Notes under the pieces: model-generated | What the model was told of the DNA's origin: nothing | Seen by the model: the letters and a program-made list of their open reading frames with translations, nothing else | The model's database searches: none | Part shown: one piece after another, positions 1-9,840 of the stretch | How the letters are laid out: each line of letters starts with the position of its first letter | Numbering within the stretch: the first letter of the stretch is position 1 | Translations under genes and position numbers: made by a program | Origin: Antedon mediterranea | Lineage: Eukaryota > Animalia > Echinodermata | Length of the DNA: 64,000 nt | Direction: 5' to 3' | NCBI RefSeq assembly: GCF_964355755.1 | Contig: NC_092674.1 | Span: 4,774,001-4,838,000, forward strand

Positions 1-162
1 GTGCCAGGGTTGTAACTCACAACTCCTTCAACTCCACTTCCTAACCTAAGCCTCAAATGAGATTATAAAATAGTTTATCCATCCTGTAATTGGCGAGTTA
101 CTTCGATGTAAGTTGGATGCGTAAGAAATAAACAAAAAAGTATGTTATTATTGTATCTGTAG

Positions 163-345
163 GCTTGCCAAGAAATCACCCAGAGAGCTACCATTCATTC
201 ATGTGGAACAACTTCTTTAAACACATTGACATCGTGCCAGAAAATGCTAACCTCTTGGATGGCAATGCTCCTGATCTAGATTTGGAATGCAAGAACTTTG
301 AACAGAAGATCTTGGATGCTGGAGGAATTGAACTGTTTATAGGAG
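163..345 (+). CDS. GNPDA: GNPDA coding exon
   Basis: tgtag|GC TTG CCA ... ATA GGA G|gtgtgg; [10 protein letters not shown]...GGIELFIG. Confidence 0.93.
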
Positions 346-1638
346 GTGTGGCATTTTTATTTCCAATTGACTTACTTTTACAGGATGAGAAAACCAAACA
401 CATGCTTTCTAAACTTAAAGCCTAATATGACCATTGCCGGTACACTAATAAATCACATTTTTATCCCTATCACATTAAGGTTTTAGTTCCTATTGGTCCC
501 ATAGCCTATGAGCCTAGAGGGGTCAGTGATCCATTAGGCGCTATCTAAATATTGTTTATTATTATTATATCAAGTCTACACGACAATATAACCAATTGCA
601 TCACAGTAAAGCGATTCATTTTTTTATTCCCATTGAATTAAAGTATTGGTTCCTGATGGTCCCATAGCCTTTGAGCCTATATCAAGTTTACAGTACAATA
701 TAACCATTGCATCACAGTAAAGCAAATCAATTTTTTTATTCCCATTGAATTAAGGTATTGGTCCTGATGGTCACATAGCATTTAATGAGCCAGGATCAAG
801 CCTAGTGTCTCGTACACGTGTTAAAACATTAGCCCAGGACACCATTATTGCAAACTCCCGTTTCTTTGGTGGAGACATTTCTAAAGTTCCTACCATGGCA
901 TTGACAGTTGGTGTTGGTACAGTTATGGATGCTAGAGAGGTAAGTGTATTCATCATTATGACAAGGATGGGTGTATTAATTTGTTTAGTGACAAAAGGAG
1001 AAGGCTTAAGCTTGTTTCCTACTAGAACGCAATGCAAGGATAATTTAAGCAAGTTGACCAATGACAGAATAATCCATCGTGTATGATTTGTCAAATTACT
1101 TGCGTTGTTTCCTAGTGGGAACTAAGCTTTAGTGACTTGAAGGCTTCTTATGATTTGTATTCAAAATGATAGACTGTGTGTTAGAATAATCCATCACGTA
1201 TGATTTGTTAAATTCATTGCGTTGCATCCTAAGCCTTAGTGACTTGAAGGCTTCTTATGATGGTTATTAACAATGATCTGACTTTGTGTTTGGAGAATTA
1301 ATTTAGTTAATTTATTAAGTTTGGAAAGTTATCTATATTTTTAAAAATTACCTTACACCCGTAATACTATGTAAATTATTTGACAGGTAATGATAATCAT
1401 CACAGGTGCTCACAAGTCATTTGCATTATATAAAGCAATCGAAGAAGGCATTAGTCACATGTGGACGGTTTCGGCATTCCAACAGCACCCTCGTACGATA
1501 TTCGTCTGCGATGAGGATGCTACACTGGAGCTACGAGTAAAAACTGTTAAATATTTCAAAGGTTTGATGTACGTTCATAATAAACTGGTGGAAGATGGTA
1601 AGGATTATCAAGAAGTGAAACGACAAAAAAAGAAGTAG
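163..1638 (+). CDS. GNPDA: Glucosamine-6-phosphate deaminase/isomerase (GNPDA1/2-like), 5'-partial; join(<163..345,755..939,1387..1638)
   Basis: Spliced peptide contains [41 protein letters not shown] and [16 protein letters not shown], which are hallmark GNPDA motifs. GT-AG sites have matching phases (1, 0). Stop TAG at 1636-1638. N-terminal exons lie upstream of the window. Confidence 0.96.
755..939 (+). CDS. GNPDA: GNPDA coding exon
   Basis: ttaag|GT ATT GGT CCT GAT GGT CAC ... AGA GAG|gtaagt; [16 protein letters not shown]...MDARE. Confidence 0.93.
1387..1638 (+). CDS. GNPDA: GNPDA terminal coding exon
   Basis: gacag|GTA ATG ATA ... AAG TAG; [10 protein letters not shown]...KRQKKK*. Confidence 0.95.
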   Translation, partial: VMIIITGAHKSFALYKAIEEGISHMWTVSAFQQHPRTIFVCDEDATLELRVKTVKYFKGLMYVHNKLVEDGKDYQEVKRQKKK

Positions 1639-1982
1639 AAAAATGAGAATTTAAAATACATGGATGCTGATTGGTTGGTTGTAGTGACGGAAATCGTTTT
1701 GAAAAGCTTAACAATCATCTGATTTTTAGCTATGATTCTAGGTTCCACCACTTTGAGTCCTGTATCAATTATTCATAGGTCAAAAAGGTCAATGAAGGTC
1801 AGTGAAGATTAATGGTGCTGTGTTTTAAGTATACACAAAATATGTATACATGAATCCAATAGAATTTTATATACCAAAATCACATTATATTTGAAATTTA
1901 TATATAAAATATTTGTAATCTTTTCCACCATTGTATTTTTGTTATTGCACACTTATATACAGAAAGTGTGCTACAAGTTTAA

Positions 1983-2108
1983 AGCTCTCTACACTATCAA
2001 ACTTTATGTGACAAATAAATGTGATATGCCCATATATGGACATGATGATGTCATATCACTACCATATTTGAGCATATCACCACCATATTTGATAGTGTAG
2101 ACAGAGCT
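1983..2108. mobile_element. MITE family A copy (GNPDA 3' region)
   Basis: Both TIRs present. Confidence 0.85.
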
Positions 2109-3124
2109 TAGTATATTTCATGTTGTAAACATTCCACCATTTTATTTTGTTATAGTGCTAATAATGTATGTTGATTAATTACTTTTTAAAACTAGTTAAT
2201 GATTTATTGACAAGAAGTGTAATATCCTGGACATGTTACAGTATAGTAAAGTTTTAATAATTTTGCTTAATAGTATAAGATTTATATTTCAATGCAGTGT
2301 TTGCCAGTTAATTCCAGAGGTCTTTTAAATATGTATTATTTTTCAAGATCATTCCAATTGAAGAGAAACAATGGGTTGAAATCCTGTCAGATGTCAGGAA
2401 TTTGTTATCATGACGAAAAACAACTCCACACCTAAAAGACACCTAAGATTTTGTTTATGTAGAGCATCTTGTGTATATGTTTGTCTTGTGAATTAATTCG
2501 CATATTACTTCAGTTAAGATTTTTTTAAAAGAAATTATCTACAATAGCCAATTATGACACTGGTGATTGCATGTGAATTCCATTTATGTTTTCTAATAAA
2601 TCCATAATTCTAATATTGACCCATTTGGGTTATTTTGTCCATAAGATACTTCATTCCATAAAGAAAAGTTTCTTTCTGTAAAGCTCTGTCTTCACTATCA
2701 AACTTGATGTGCCCATTATTATGGTATGACATCATCGTGTCCATATATGGGCACATCACATTTTGTTGTCACATAGATAGTGTAGACAGACCTCCTTTAA
2801 GCTTGGTCGCAAGGATGTAAGCTCATCTAAAGTAATATGACCAATCTGTTGCTTGTGATTGGTCACATTCATTCATTGTTGTGTTACTTCCAAAGAGGAA
2901 CCAAGCTTTACAAAAACTTGCATTCCCAACGTTGTAATCTTACTAAATTATATAAAAATATATTAAAAATAATATGTATATTGTTATGATTATTACAAGT
3001 AAAATCAAGACACTACTATATGGTTTGACTTTGAATTGTTTTGTAACGAAAAGGAACTAGCCAATCTGGGAGTAAATCATAGAATGAAGATTATGTAGGA
3101 TTGAAAAAAGATGAACTTCCAGAA

Positions 3125-3180
3125 GAACTTGGAACCTTCTGCTTGATAAGCAGACATTCTTACCATCAGACCACTGAGGC
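3125..3180 (-). pseudogene. tRNA-like fragment (SINE head or tRNA pseudogene)
   Basis: GCCTCAGTGGTCTGATGGTAAG, anticodon-like arm TCTGC-TTATCAA-GCAGA; T-arm and acceptor stem broken. Confidence 0.45.
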
Positions 3181-4122
3181 TTTCACATTGTTTTTGGATT
3201 TGATACAGTATACACTCTTCTACCCTCAATGGTATTTGCAGTGGGCCGCTGGTATAGCACTTTCAAGGGGCCTTTCAACGCTGGGTAGTTGCATTAGACT
3301 GATCATGCTCTGGGGTCCCTTAAGCTCTGAGCTTAGCCAGCGAGCACTCGGGTTTTACACCACAAGGCGTTAGATGGTTCATGATTGCATTCATGTGCAA
3401 CAGAATTCAAATCAATACATCCTCATCTAAATTCATAAATTATATTTATTGAAGTATTTTGTACCAATTTACAGAACAGGTTCCGATTAAAAAGACAAGT
3501 ATAACTTAACAGAAGTAAAAAGTATTTATAACAATAAATGACAGCAATATTAAGATGGTATTAAAATCTACAGTTACAATTTCATCTAGTAAAACACAAA
3601 CACAAGATTGTTTCAGATATATCTACATTGGATATTATCAATAAATAAAAATACACTGCATAAAACAAACGTTTATAAAAGCTCATTTATATGGGCCTGT
3701 TTCTATTGAAAATTTATTTAAAAAAAATCGTGTTGCAGCTAAAAATTGCTCCACAGAAACTTTTTTGGGTCAAACTAGACTTCTGTGAATATAGTACCTT
3801 TATGAAATAATAAGGTCTAGGTTTATATATATACTAAAAAGTCCCAAGTGACTCCCCCATCAAACTGGCTCTCTACCCAAATATGGAAGTGATATGCTCA
3901 AACATGGTAGTGATATGACATCATCATGTCCATATATGGGCACATCACATTTTTTTAGATAGTGTAGACAGAGCTTAAAATAATAGTATAAATCTTTAAG
4001 TACAGTACGATAATAACTTCACTCACTCAGTTTCCCTGTAACCTAGCGTAAATTGGCACAAACCAATCTACAATAAACAGTGTATTAACATTAAATATCC
4101 ATCTCTAAATTTAACTTAAATA

Positions 4123-4283
4123 TCAGTTAACTTCAAGTTCAAATTTTGCTGAAAGAATTGTTTCTGGGTCTTCTAATTTTTCAATTATTCTTAATCGGAA
4201 TTTCTGTCTTATCCTGTTGAATTCCATGATTGTATCCGGTTTTTCTGAAATCCAGAATCTGTCAAACTCGTAAAATAAGTAAC
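4123..4283 (-). CDS. ELMOD2: ELMOD2 terminal coding exon
   Basis: CYLFYEFDRFWISEKPDTIMEFNRIR...FELEVN*. Confidence 0.93.
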
Positions 4284-7200
4284 CTGAAACAGAATTGTAT
4301 TATTAAGCCATATAATTTAATTTGTCACGTTTGATTAAATTCAGTTTTGTTATTGTTTTAACGTTGCATTTGTAGACACCTTTTAACTTTTGTATTGTTT
4401 TAGTTACGTTCTTTTTACTTCTTGTACTTTTAATTGTGTGTTGTTTTTTTAAGTAGTATCTTGAAACGGCCTTGTTAAAAACACTATAGAGTATCACGGT
4501 GCGACGTCACGACAGTGGGTGGCGCTGCGTGGTTGCTAGCGCAACCAAAAATGTGTTCAGCCTGCCTGACTTCAAGATCACCAATGGTTTGGAATAGGCT
4601 TATTGAAGTAGTCGTTTTAAAACATAATAATTTTCAATAAAAACAAACTAACATTTCAAAAGATCACTAAATATTTGTTTTTAATAATCTATTTATTCCT
4701 CAACTACAGTTTAAGTTAAAAAAAATCAAGCTAAGATACATAATTTGATAGAAATACAGATCTTTACAGTTTATCAACATAGTAGCGTTGAACACATTTT
4801 TTGGTTGGCTAGCAACCATGCAGCGCTCTCTATCATTGTGACGTCACACCGTGATACTCTATATTAAGTTTTCCATTTTCAAATAAAGTTATTAATATCA
4901 TTATTATTACCCTGTATAATGAACGCAAATTACCACAAATTTTTGGTAGTGGCGTAACATAGGGACCTGAGGCCACTGGTTTAGGAACCCTTAGTGGCCC
5001 TCCAATGGTGTTGGCCTCGGGCATTTTTAGCCTTTTTGACATATTTTAAAGCCTATTTTTTCCTCTGGGCACTGCTCAGGGGCCCCATAAGCTCTGGGGC
5101 CACAGTGTTTGGCCAGTAAGCGTTCATAGCCGTTACTTCACTGATTTTGTGGAAGTCATATTATTCCAAGGAATACACTTATCCTGACAGATAAACTTAT
5201 GCTCACTTTGAATTGTAACTAATACACTTGCTTTGGCAAGTTTTTGAGCATGACTCAAAATGTATGTGGACATGTACTTACAGTATACTTGATGGAAATT
5301 ATTAAGATTTGGTGCACTAACGCAGCTATTGTAGAAATGTGTTTTAAGATGACCATCAACCATTAGGTGGTACGCCATACTAGTCAAGTTGATGCCAACT
5401 ATTGCATAAGAATACCTGAGAAAAAAATGTTTAGTAATAGGTAACTTTTATTTAAGCTCTGTCTACACTATCAGACTAGTTGACAAAAAAGTGTGATGTG
5501 CCCAAATATGGTAGTTATATGACATCATCATGTCCATATATGGGTACATTTTTTTAACATATAGAGTTTGATAGTGTAGACAGAGCTTTATAAAATGTGT
5601 GGCTTTTGTGAATCTTTCTTCAGCCTCCACTGATAAGTTAAAAATCTGTGATAGATTACTATAATATATAGATCTGTGGTTTAATCATATGATAAGCAAG
5701 CTCACAGGTTCAAATCTCACTTAAGCTCTGTCTACACTATCAAATGTTATGTGACAAAACAATGTGATGCCCAAATATGATAGTGATATGATGTCATATC
5801 ACTATCATATTTGGGCACTTTTTTGTCAACTAGTTTGATAGTGTAGACAGAGCTTTAGACACGAAGTGTTTCCTAATAACTTGTACTCAAGCTATCCTTT
5901 AAATAATTATCAGATAATCAATTGTTTGATACAATAAAGAAGAAGAAGAAGATATCTTCCAATATGAGCACTGTTTGATTGTACAGTATTTACTAATATT
6001 TCACAATAAAATCACAGAAACATATAAACTTACCCTAAAGTTGGATGATTGGAATGTGATAAAAGCTGTCTAGCAGTACCAGAATAATGAGTAGAAAAAT
6101 ATCTAAAAAGAAAACGAGTGAACATTTACACACAGTAATATCACCAAATAAAACGTTTTATGTAAAATTATCTAAATAATATCGACTAAAGCTCTGTCTA
6201 CACTATCAAACTTTATGTGACAACAAATTGTGAATTGCCCATGTATGGACACGATGATGTCATATCAATACCATATTTGGGCACATCACACTTTTTGTCA
6301 AACTAGTTTGATAGTGTAGACAAAGCTTAATGTTTCACAGTACTTACAGCAAATTCTTTAGTCCAAGCATACCTAGATTGAATTAAAAGAAAAATATTTC
6401 AAATGAAAATAATAACATTGGACTGTTAAATTTGGTTATATATATGTTTCTAAAATTAATTCCTTTAAGTAACTGTAAAATCTGATAACACACAATTTTT
6501 GTGATAAATGAAAGAAAAAAGTTTCTAAGAACAGTTCAGATTAAAGTTTACAGATACAATTGCATACATTGTTATTCATATAATTGAACATAATTGACGT
6601 GGAGCTGAAGCCTGGTGCTTGCCTTCCAATACCAAGGTCTAGGGTTCATTCCTGACCTAGTTCCAGGGTTGTAACTCATGACTCTTTCAACTCCAATCCC
6701 AAATGAGTTTATAAGCATGATACATTATAAAATATTTTATCCATCGCTATTGGATAAAAAGAAAGAGAAAAAAAAAGAAAGACGATAATAATCTTACCCA
6801 TTCCTCTAAAGTCTGTTTGGGGGTCATCTCCTTGGAAACCAATATCTTGCCACTGTTTTGTTATACGGTTTTCTAAAGGTGTCTGTGGCACAAGCAAACT
6901 CCACAGCTGTAAAAAGAGTCAAATTATATTCTATAAGTAGGTTTGAATTGCAATTACAAATCCAAAGCTTTAGTGAGAAGATTATTATGTAATAATAAGT
7001 ATATTTTTTGGTTGTTGCTACTTTTTCTGGCAAGCCCATTGCCTAAAATTTTTTATTTCAGACCAGCTGCAAAAGTGATACAAAATATGCTTTAAGAAGC
7101 CTAGATTTTGATTTTTACTGTTGCCCATTTGTGAAAAAAAAATTCTGTCTACAGGGTTGTCTAGATTAATGTTTATTTTATATTACTGTATTATATATAT

Positions 7201-8192
7201 CATTATATACATCATTATATAATTATAGTACAGTACCTGTAGAAGATCCTCCTCATGTTCAGAATTCTCAGAGGAGTATGCCTCAGTCCGCAACACTTCA
7301 ATCTCTTTCAATAAAGCCCTGTAGCCTATCGTTTGGCTTACACAGTTTTTTAATGCCTCTACAACACTGCAAAATAATCATTTTTATCTAGTAACTCTTC
7401 CAGGCCTTAATTTAGAATAATGACCATGTAATATAGGACATTTTATGTCAAGTTTAGCAGTTCGTTTCACAATGTTTATGCCCTGGACCCTCTATTACAA
7501 ATTCACTACTGCTACTGATATGTAGCAATATTAAAATCATAGGTGTTCATGCACTTACAGTGCTATTGTGTAAGGGTTATATTGGGATAGCAATAAGTGT
7601 TAGTTAATAACTGTATTGCCCAGAATTTGTTTACTAGTAACATTATGCATATGTCAATTGTATGACCCACTATACGACTCCCGGGAAAGGTGCGTCATGG
7701 TATTCATAAGGTATGACGCACATCGGACAAATGAAGCATTAATGTTTATTCTTTAGCTAGAAGCAGAACAATAATTAGCAATCTCACTCTTGGTGGGTGT
7801 CTGGGTTGATCATTTTCATTGTAATAATATTTTGAACGGCATCATTAACCGTGATGTCATCATCATCTGCCACCACTCGTCTAAGTGCTGCATACTTAGA
7901 TTTTTTCAATGATAGCTCTGAAGTTAAAGATAAAATAAGAAATCATGAAATTAGCTTCAGTGTTAATTTAATATTATTTTATTCTTAAAATAAATAATAT
8001 AGCTATATATTTAATGTTTTTTTGTCATCCTAGATCAGTGAGGTACTTGCCAATTTTTTTGGTACGTGTTGAGCCAGCTGGGCAATCACGGCACAGTCGC
8101 TGTAACTCGCATACCCCCAAAACCTTGTGTAAAACCCATTTGATCATACGATATAGGAATAAGAAGAATGATCTAGAAAAATACTCAATCAT
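4123..8192 (-). CDS. ELMOD2: ELMO domain-containing protein 2-like (ARF/ARL GAP), complete; complement(join(4123..4283,5282..5415,6034..6102,6348..6372,6798..6906,7237..7366,7788..7917,8051..8192)), 900 nt = 299 aa
   Basis: Peptide contains CELQRLC, KQWQDIGFQGDDPQTDFRGMGMLGL, SNHPTLGYSYAIVGINLT and YEFDRFW...KPDTIMEFN, colinear with vertebrate ELMOD1/2 as I recall them. All exon phases join in frame. ELMOD1 versus ELMOD2 cannot be resolved for an invertebrate gene. Confidence 0.93.
4485..4863. mobile_element. Unclassified MITE with about 70-bp TIRs; second, 5'-truncated copy at 53484-53837
   Basis: TATAGAGTATCACGGTGcGACGTCAC...GTGACGTCACACCGTGATACTCTATA; the internal sequence is near-identical in the second copy. 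Confidence 0.85.
4947..5143. mobile_element. hAT-like MITE (degenerate)
   Basis: Ends tAGTGGCGTAAC / GTTACttCACTG; imperfect 8-bp TSD atttttgg/attttgtg; GGGCCCC-type internal motifs. Confidence 0.6.
5282..5415 (-). CDS. ELMOD2: ELMOD2 coding exon 7
   Basis: YSYAIVGINLTSMAY...FHQVY; T|gtaagt. Confidence 0.93.
5724..5854. mobile_element. Harbinger/PIF-type MITE, family A (representative copy; about 28 copies in window)
   Basis: TIR AGCTCTGTCTACACTATCAAA...TTTGATAGTGTAGACAGAGCT with TTA/TAA 3-bp TSD. Other copies, some partial, at approximately 1983-2108, 2682-2790, 3868-3975, 5455-5587, 6190-6327, 11937-12089, 16991-17050, 17530-17850, 19735-19847, 21844-21998, 30115-30210, 30370-30524, 30989-31113, 36548-37054, 37670-37811, 42538-42671, 44364-44517, 49951-50094, 50505-50625, 50874-51004, 51618-51972, 54955-55075, 57338-57461, 59233-59383, 59995-60141, 62291-62428, 62826-62964, 63340-63476. 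Confidence 0.9.
6034..6102 (-). CDS. ELMOD2: ELMOD2 coding exon 6
   Basis: YFSTHYSGTARQLLSHSNHPTLG; AG/GT flanks. Confidence 0.92.
6190..6327. mobile_element. MITE family A copy
   Basis: Both TIRs, TAA TSD. Confidence 0.9.
6348..6372 (-). CDS. ELMOD2: ELMOD2 coding exon 5 (25 nt)
   Basis: tctag|GT ATG CTT GGA CTA AAG AAT TTG CT|gtaagt; GMLGLKNLL, required for frame and homology. Confidence 0.9.
6798..6906 (-). CDS. ELMOD2: ELMOD2 coding exon 4
   Basis: LWSLLVP...WQDIGFQGDDPQTDFRGM; G|gtaaga. Confidence 0.95.
7237..7366 (-). CDS. ELMOD2: ELMOD2 coding exon 3
   Basis: tgcag|T GTT ... CTA CAG|gtactg; VVEALKNC...YSSENSEHEEDLLQ. Confidence 0.9.
7788..7917 (-). CDS. ELMOD2: ELMOD2 coding exon 2
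   Basis: ttcag|AG CTA ... CAA GA|gtgaga; ELSLKKSKY...MINPDTHQ. Confidence 0.88.
8051..8192 (-). CDS. ELMOD2: ELMOD2 first coding exon (GC donor)
   Basis: ATG at 8192; MIEYFSRSFF...CELQRLCRD...RTKKI; ends G|gcaagt. Confidence 0.85.
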
Positions 8193-8470
8193 TGGAGAAT
8201 GGGTACTGTTTGATGCCAGAAAAGAAATCTGCAAAATTAAAAGTTGTATAGATAGTTTCAGGATTGCTAGGCCTACCTTGATCACTTCCTTTCATTTTAT
8301 AAATTAGAGTTTGGTCGTGACGTGCCTATATACAAATAATTGCAAAATGCTGTCGGCTTATCCTAGCTAGGCCTAGCAAATTATGTATATTTTAAGTGCT
8401 TTACTTGGATTGTAAAAATATTTATACATATTGTGATATTTGTATTATTAAATTATTAAATAGTACTTAC

Positions 8471-8560
8471 CTTCTACACATTAATTAACAGCCAAATTGT
8501 CGATATCAACGTCGGAAAAATAGAGTGAGCTGAAGAAGAAGGAATTGCGAACCTCCTGTA
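8471..8560 (-). other. ELMOD2: Probable non-coding first exon of ELMOD2 (5' end uncertain)
   Basis: Strong minus-strand donor AAG|gtaagt at 8471/8470 and acceptor ttttgcag| at 8229/8228, upstream of the ATG. Confidence 0.55.
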
Positions 8561-9716
8561 AAAAAATTACTAATGTAACTAAATTATTGAGGGCGCCTTT
8601 GAACTTACTGCTGATGATGGAGCGAGGTACTTGAAAAATTTTATCTTTTTTTTACGTTTTTTAGAAAAGTTTTTCGGCAATTTTACCTACATACTAATAT
8701 TGCCTTGAAGAATAATATAGTCTCTAGTCCAGTATTTGTAAGATCTTTTTGTTTATTTAATATAATTATTAGGTTTTATTTTCTATGCAATAAAGGTGCG
8801 CCGTGTCAAGTCCATTATTTTTAATAATAAATTTTAGTTTTCTATAGGCCCCTATATTCTTTTTCCTCAATTTTTTCTTACATTCCCAAAAGAAAATTAC
8901 TGAAAAATTTACAATGCTGTGGGTATCCGTGGCTGGATCTCAATAGAGATAAATACATAGATAGATATAGATACAAATAAAAAGAAAACCTAAATCAAAA
9001 CGATAAAAAAAAACATTTTAATGTCAATAAATCATCTGTTCGTTACTGCACTATGCCGGGCTCCAATTTATTAATCTTCATATTGTTTTAAGATTGTTTG
9101 AGGGACAAATCTTGAATCCGTCGATAAAATGAAAATCTTTGTAACCCTCTCTAAGGTCGTGAACAAAATTATGTCTATTTATTTATTATTAAGGTTTTTA
9201 TTGAAATTTTAATCCGGACCTTTCGGGTTTCTGAGATCGTGAATTGATTCCAATTTTTTTTTTCACAACATACTTAGCCTACAATATGACAATTGTATCA
9301 TACATCAAATCATGGAACTATAATGTAACAATTAAAAAAAATAGTATCACGTCATTTTCAGACATTTAAAAAAAATTATTAATTATTTATTATGATAATT
9401 AAGGCCTACTACTACTACTACTACTAATTATAGGCCTATTAGGCTTATAGGCTTTTAGTGTATACTAATATACTACTAGTATTATTATTATACTAGTATT
9501 ATATATATTATAATATTATATACACATCATGAATTATTGATTAGGATAAAAGTGACTAATGCCTAATTTTAGGATAATAATTAATATATAAATCTTTCTA
9601 CACGTTTCTATGGCCTAGATATCCATCCTTTGTCATGTTAATACGCCACTGTGTTATTTTATGGCTCCATGGGCTCAACCAAGGATTTTCTATTTTGATG
9701 ATTCAGTAGAGAAAGC
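8471..9716. promoter_or_regulatory. Shared head-to-head promoter region of ELMOD2 and TMEM131
   Basis: Divergent genes whose ATGs are 1.5 kb apart; visibly more CpG than the introns; transcription starts not determinable. Confidence 0.6.
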
Positions 9717-9840
9717 ATGGCGGGTTGCTACACACAAGGAAATTACGGCAATGGAATGTTACAGATACGAATTACAGTGTTTCTTAGTCTCATTCAAATA
9801 TTTAATGGATTATTTGACACAACAGAAGCACAGACACAAG
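9717..9840 (+). CDS. TMEM131: TMEM131 exon 1 (signal peptide)
   Basis: agcATGg with in-frame stops upstream; MAGCYTQGNYGNGMLQIRITVFLSLIQIFNGLFDTTEAQTQ; G|gtaagt. This frame differs from ORF 9661..9873. Confidence 0.8.
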
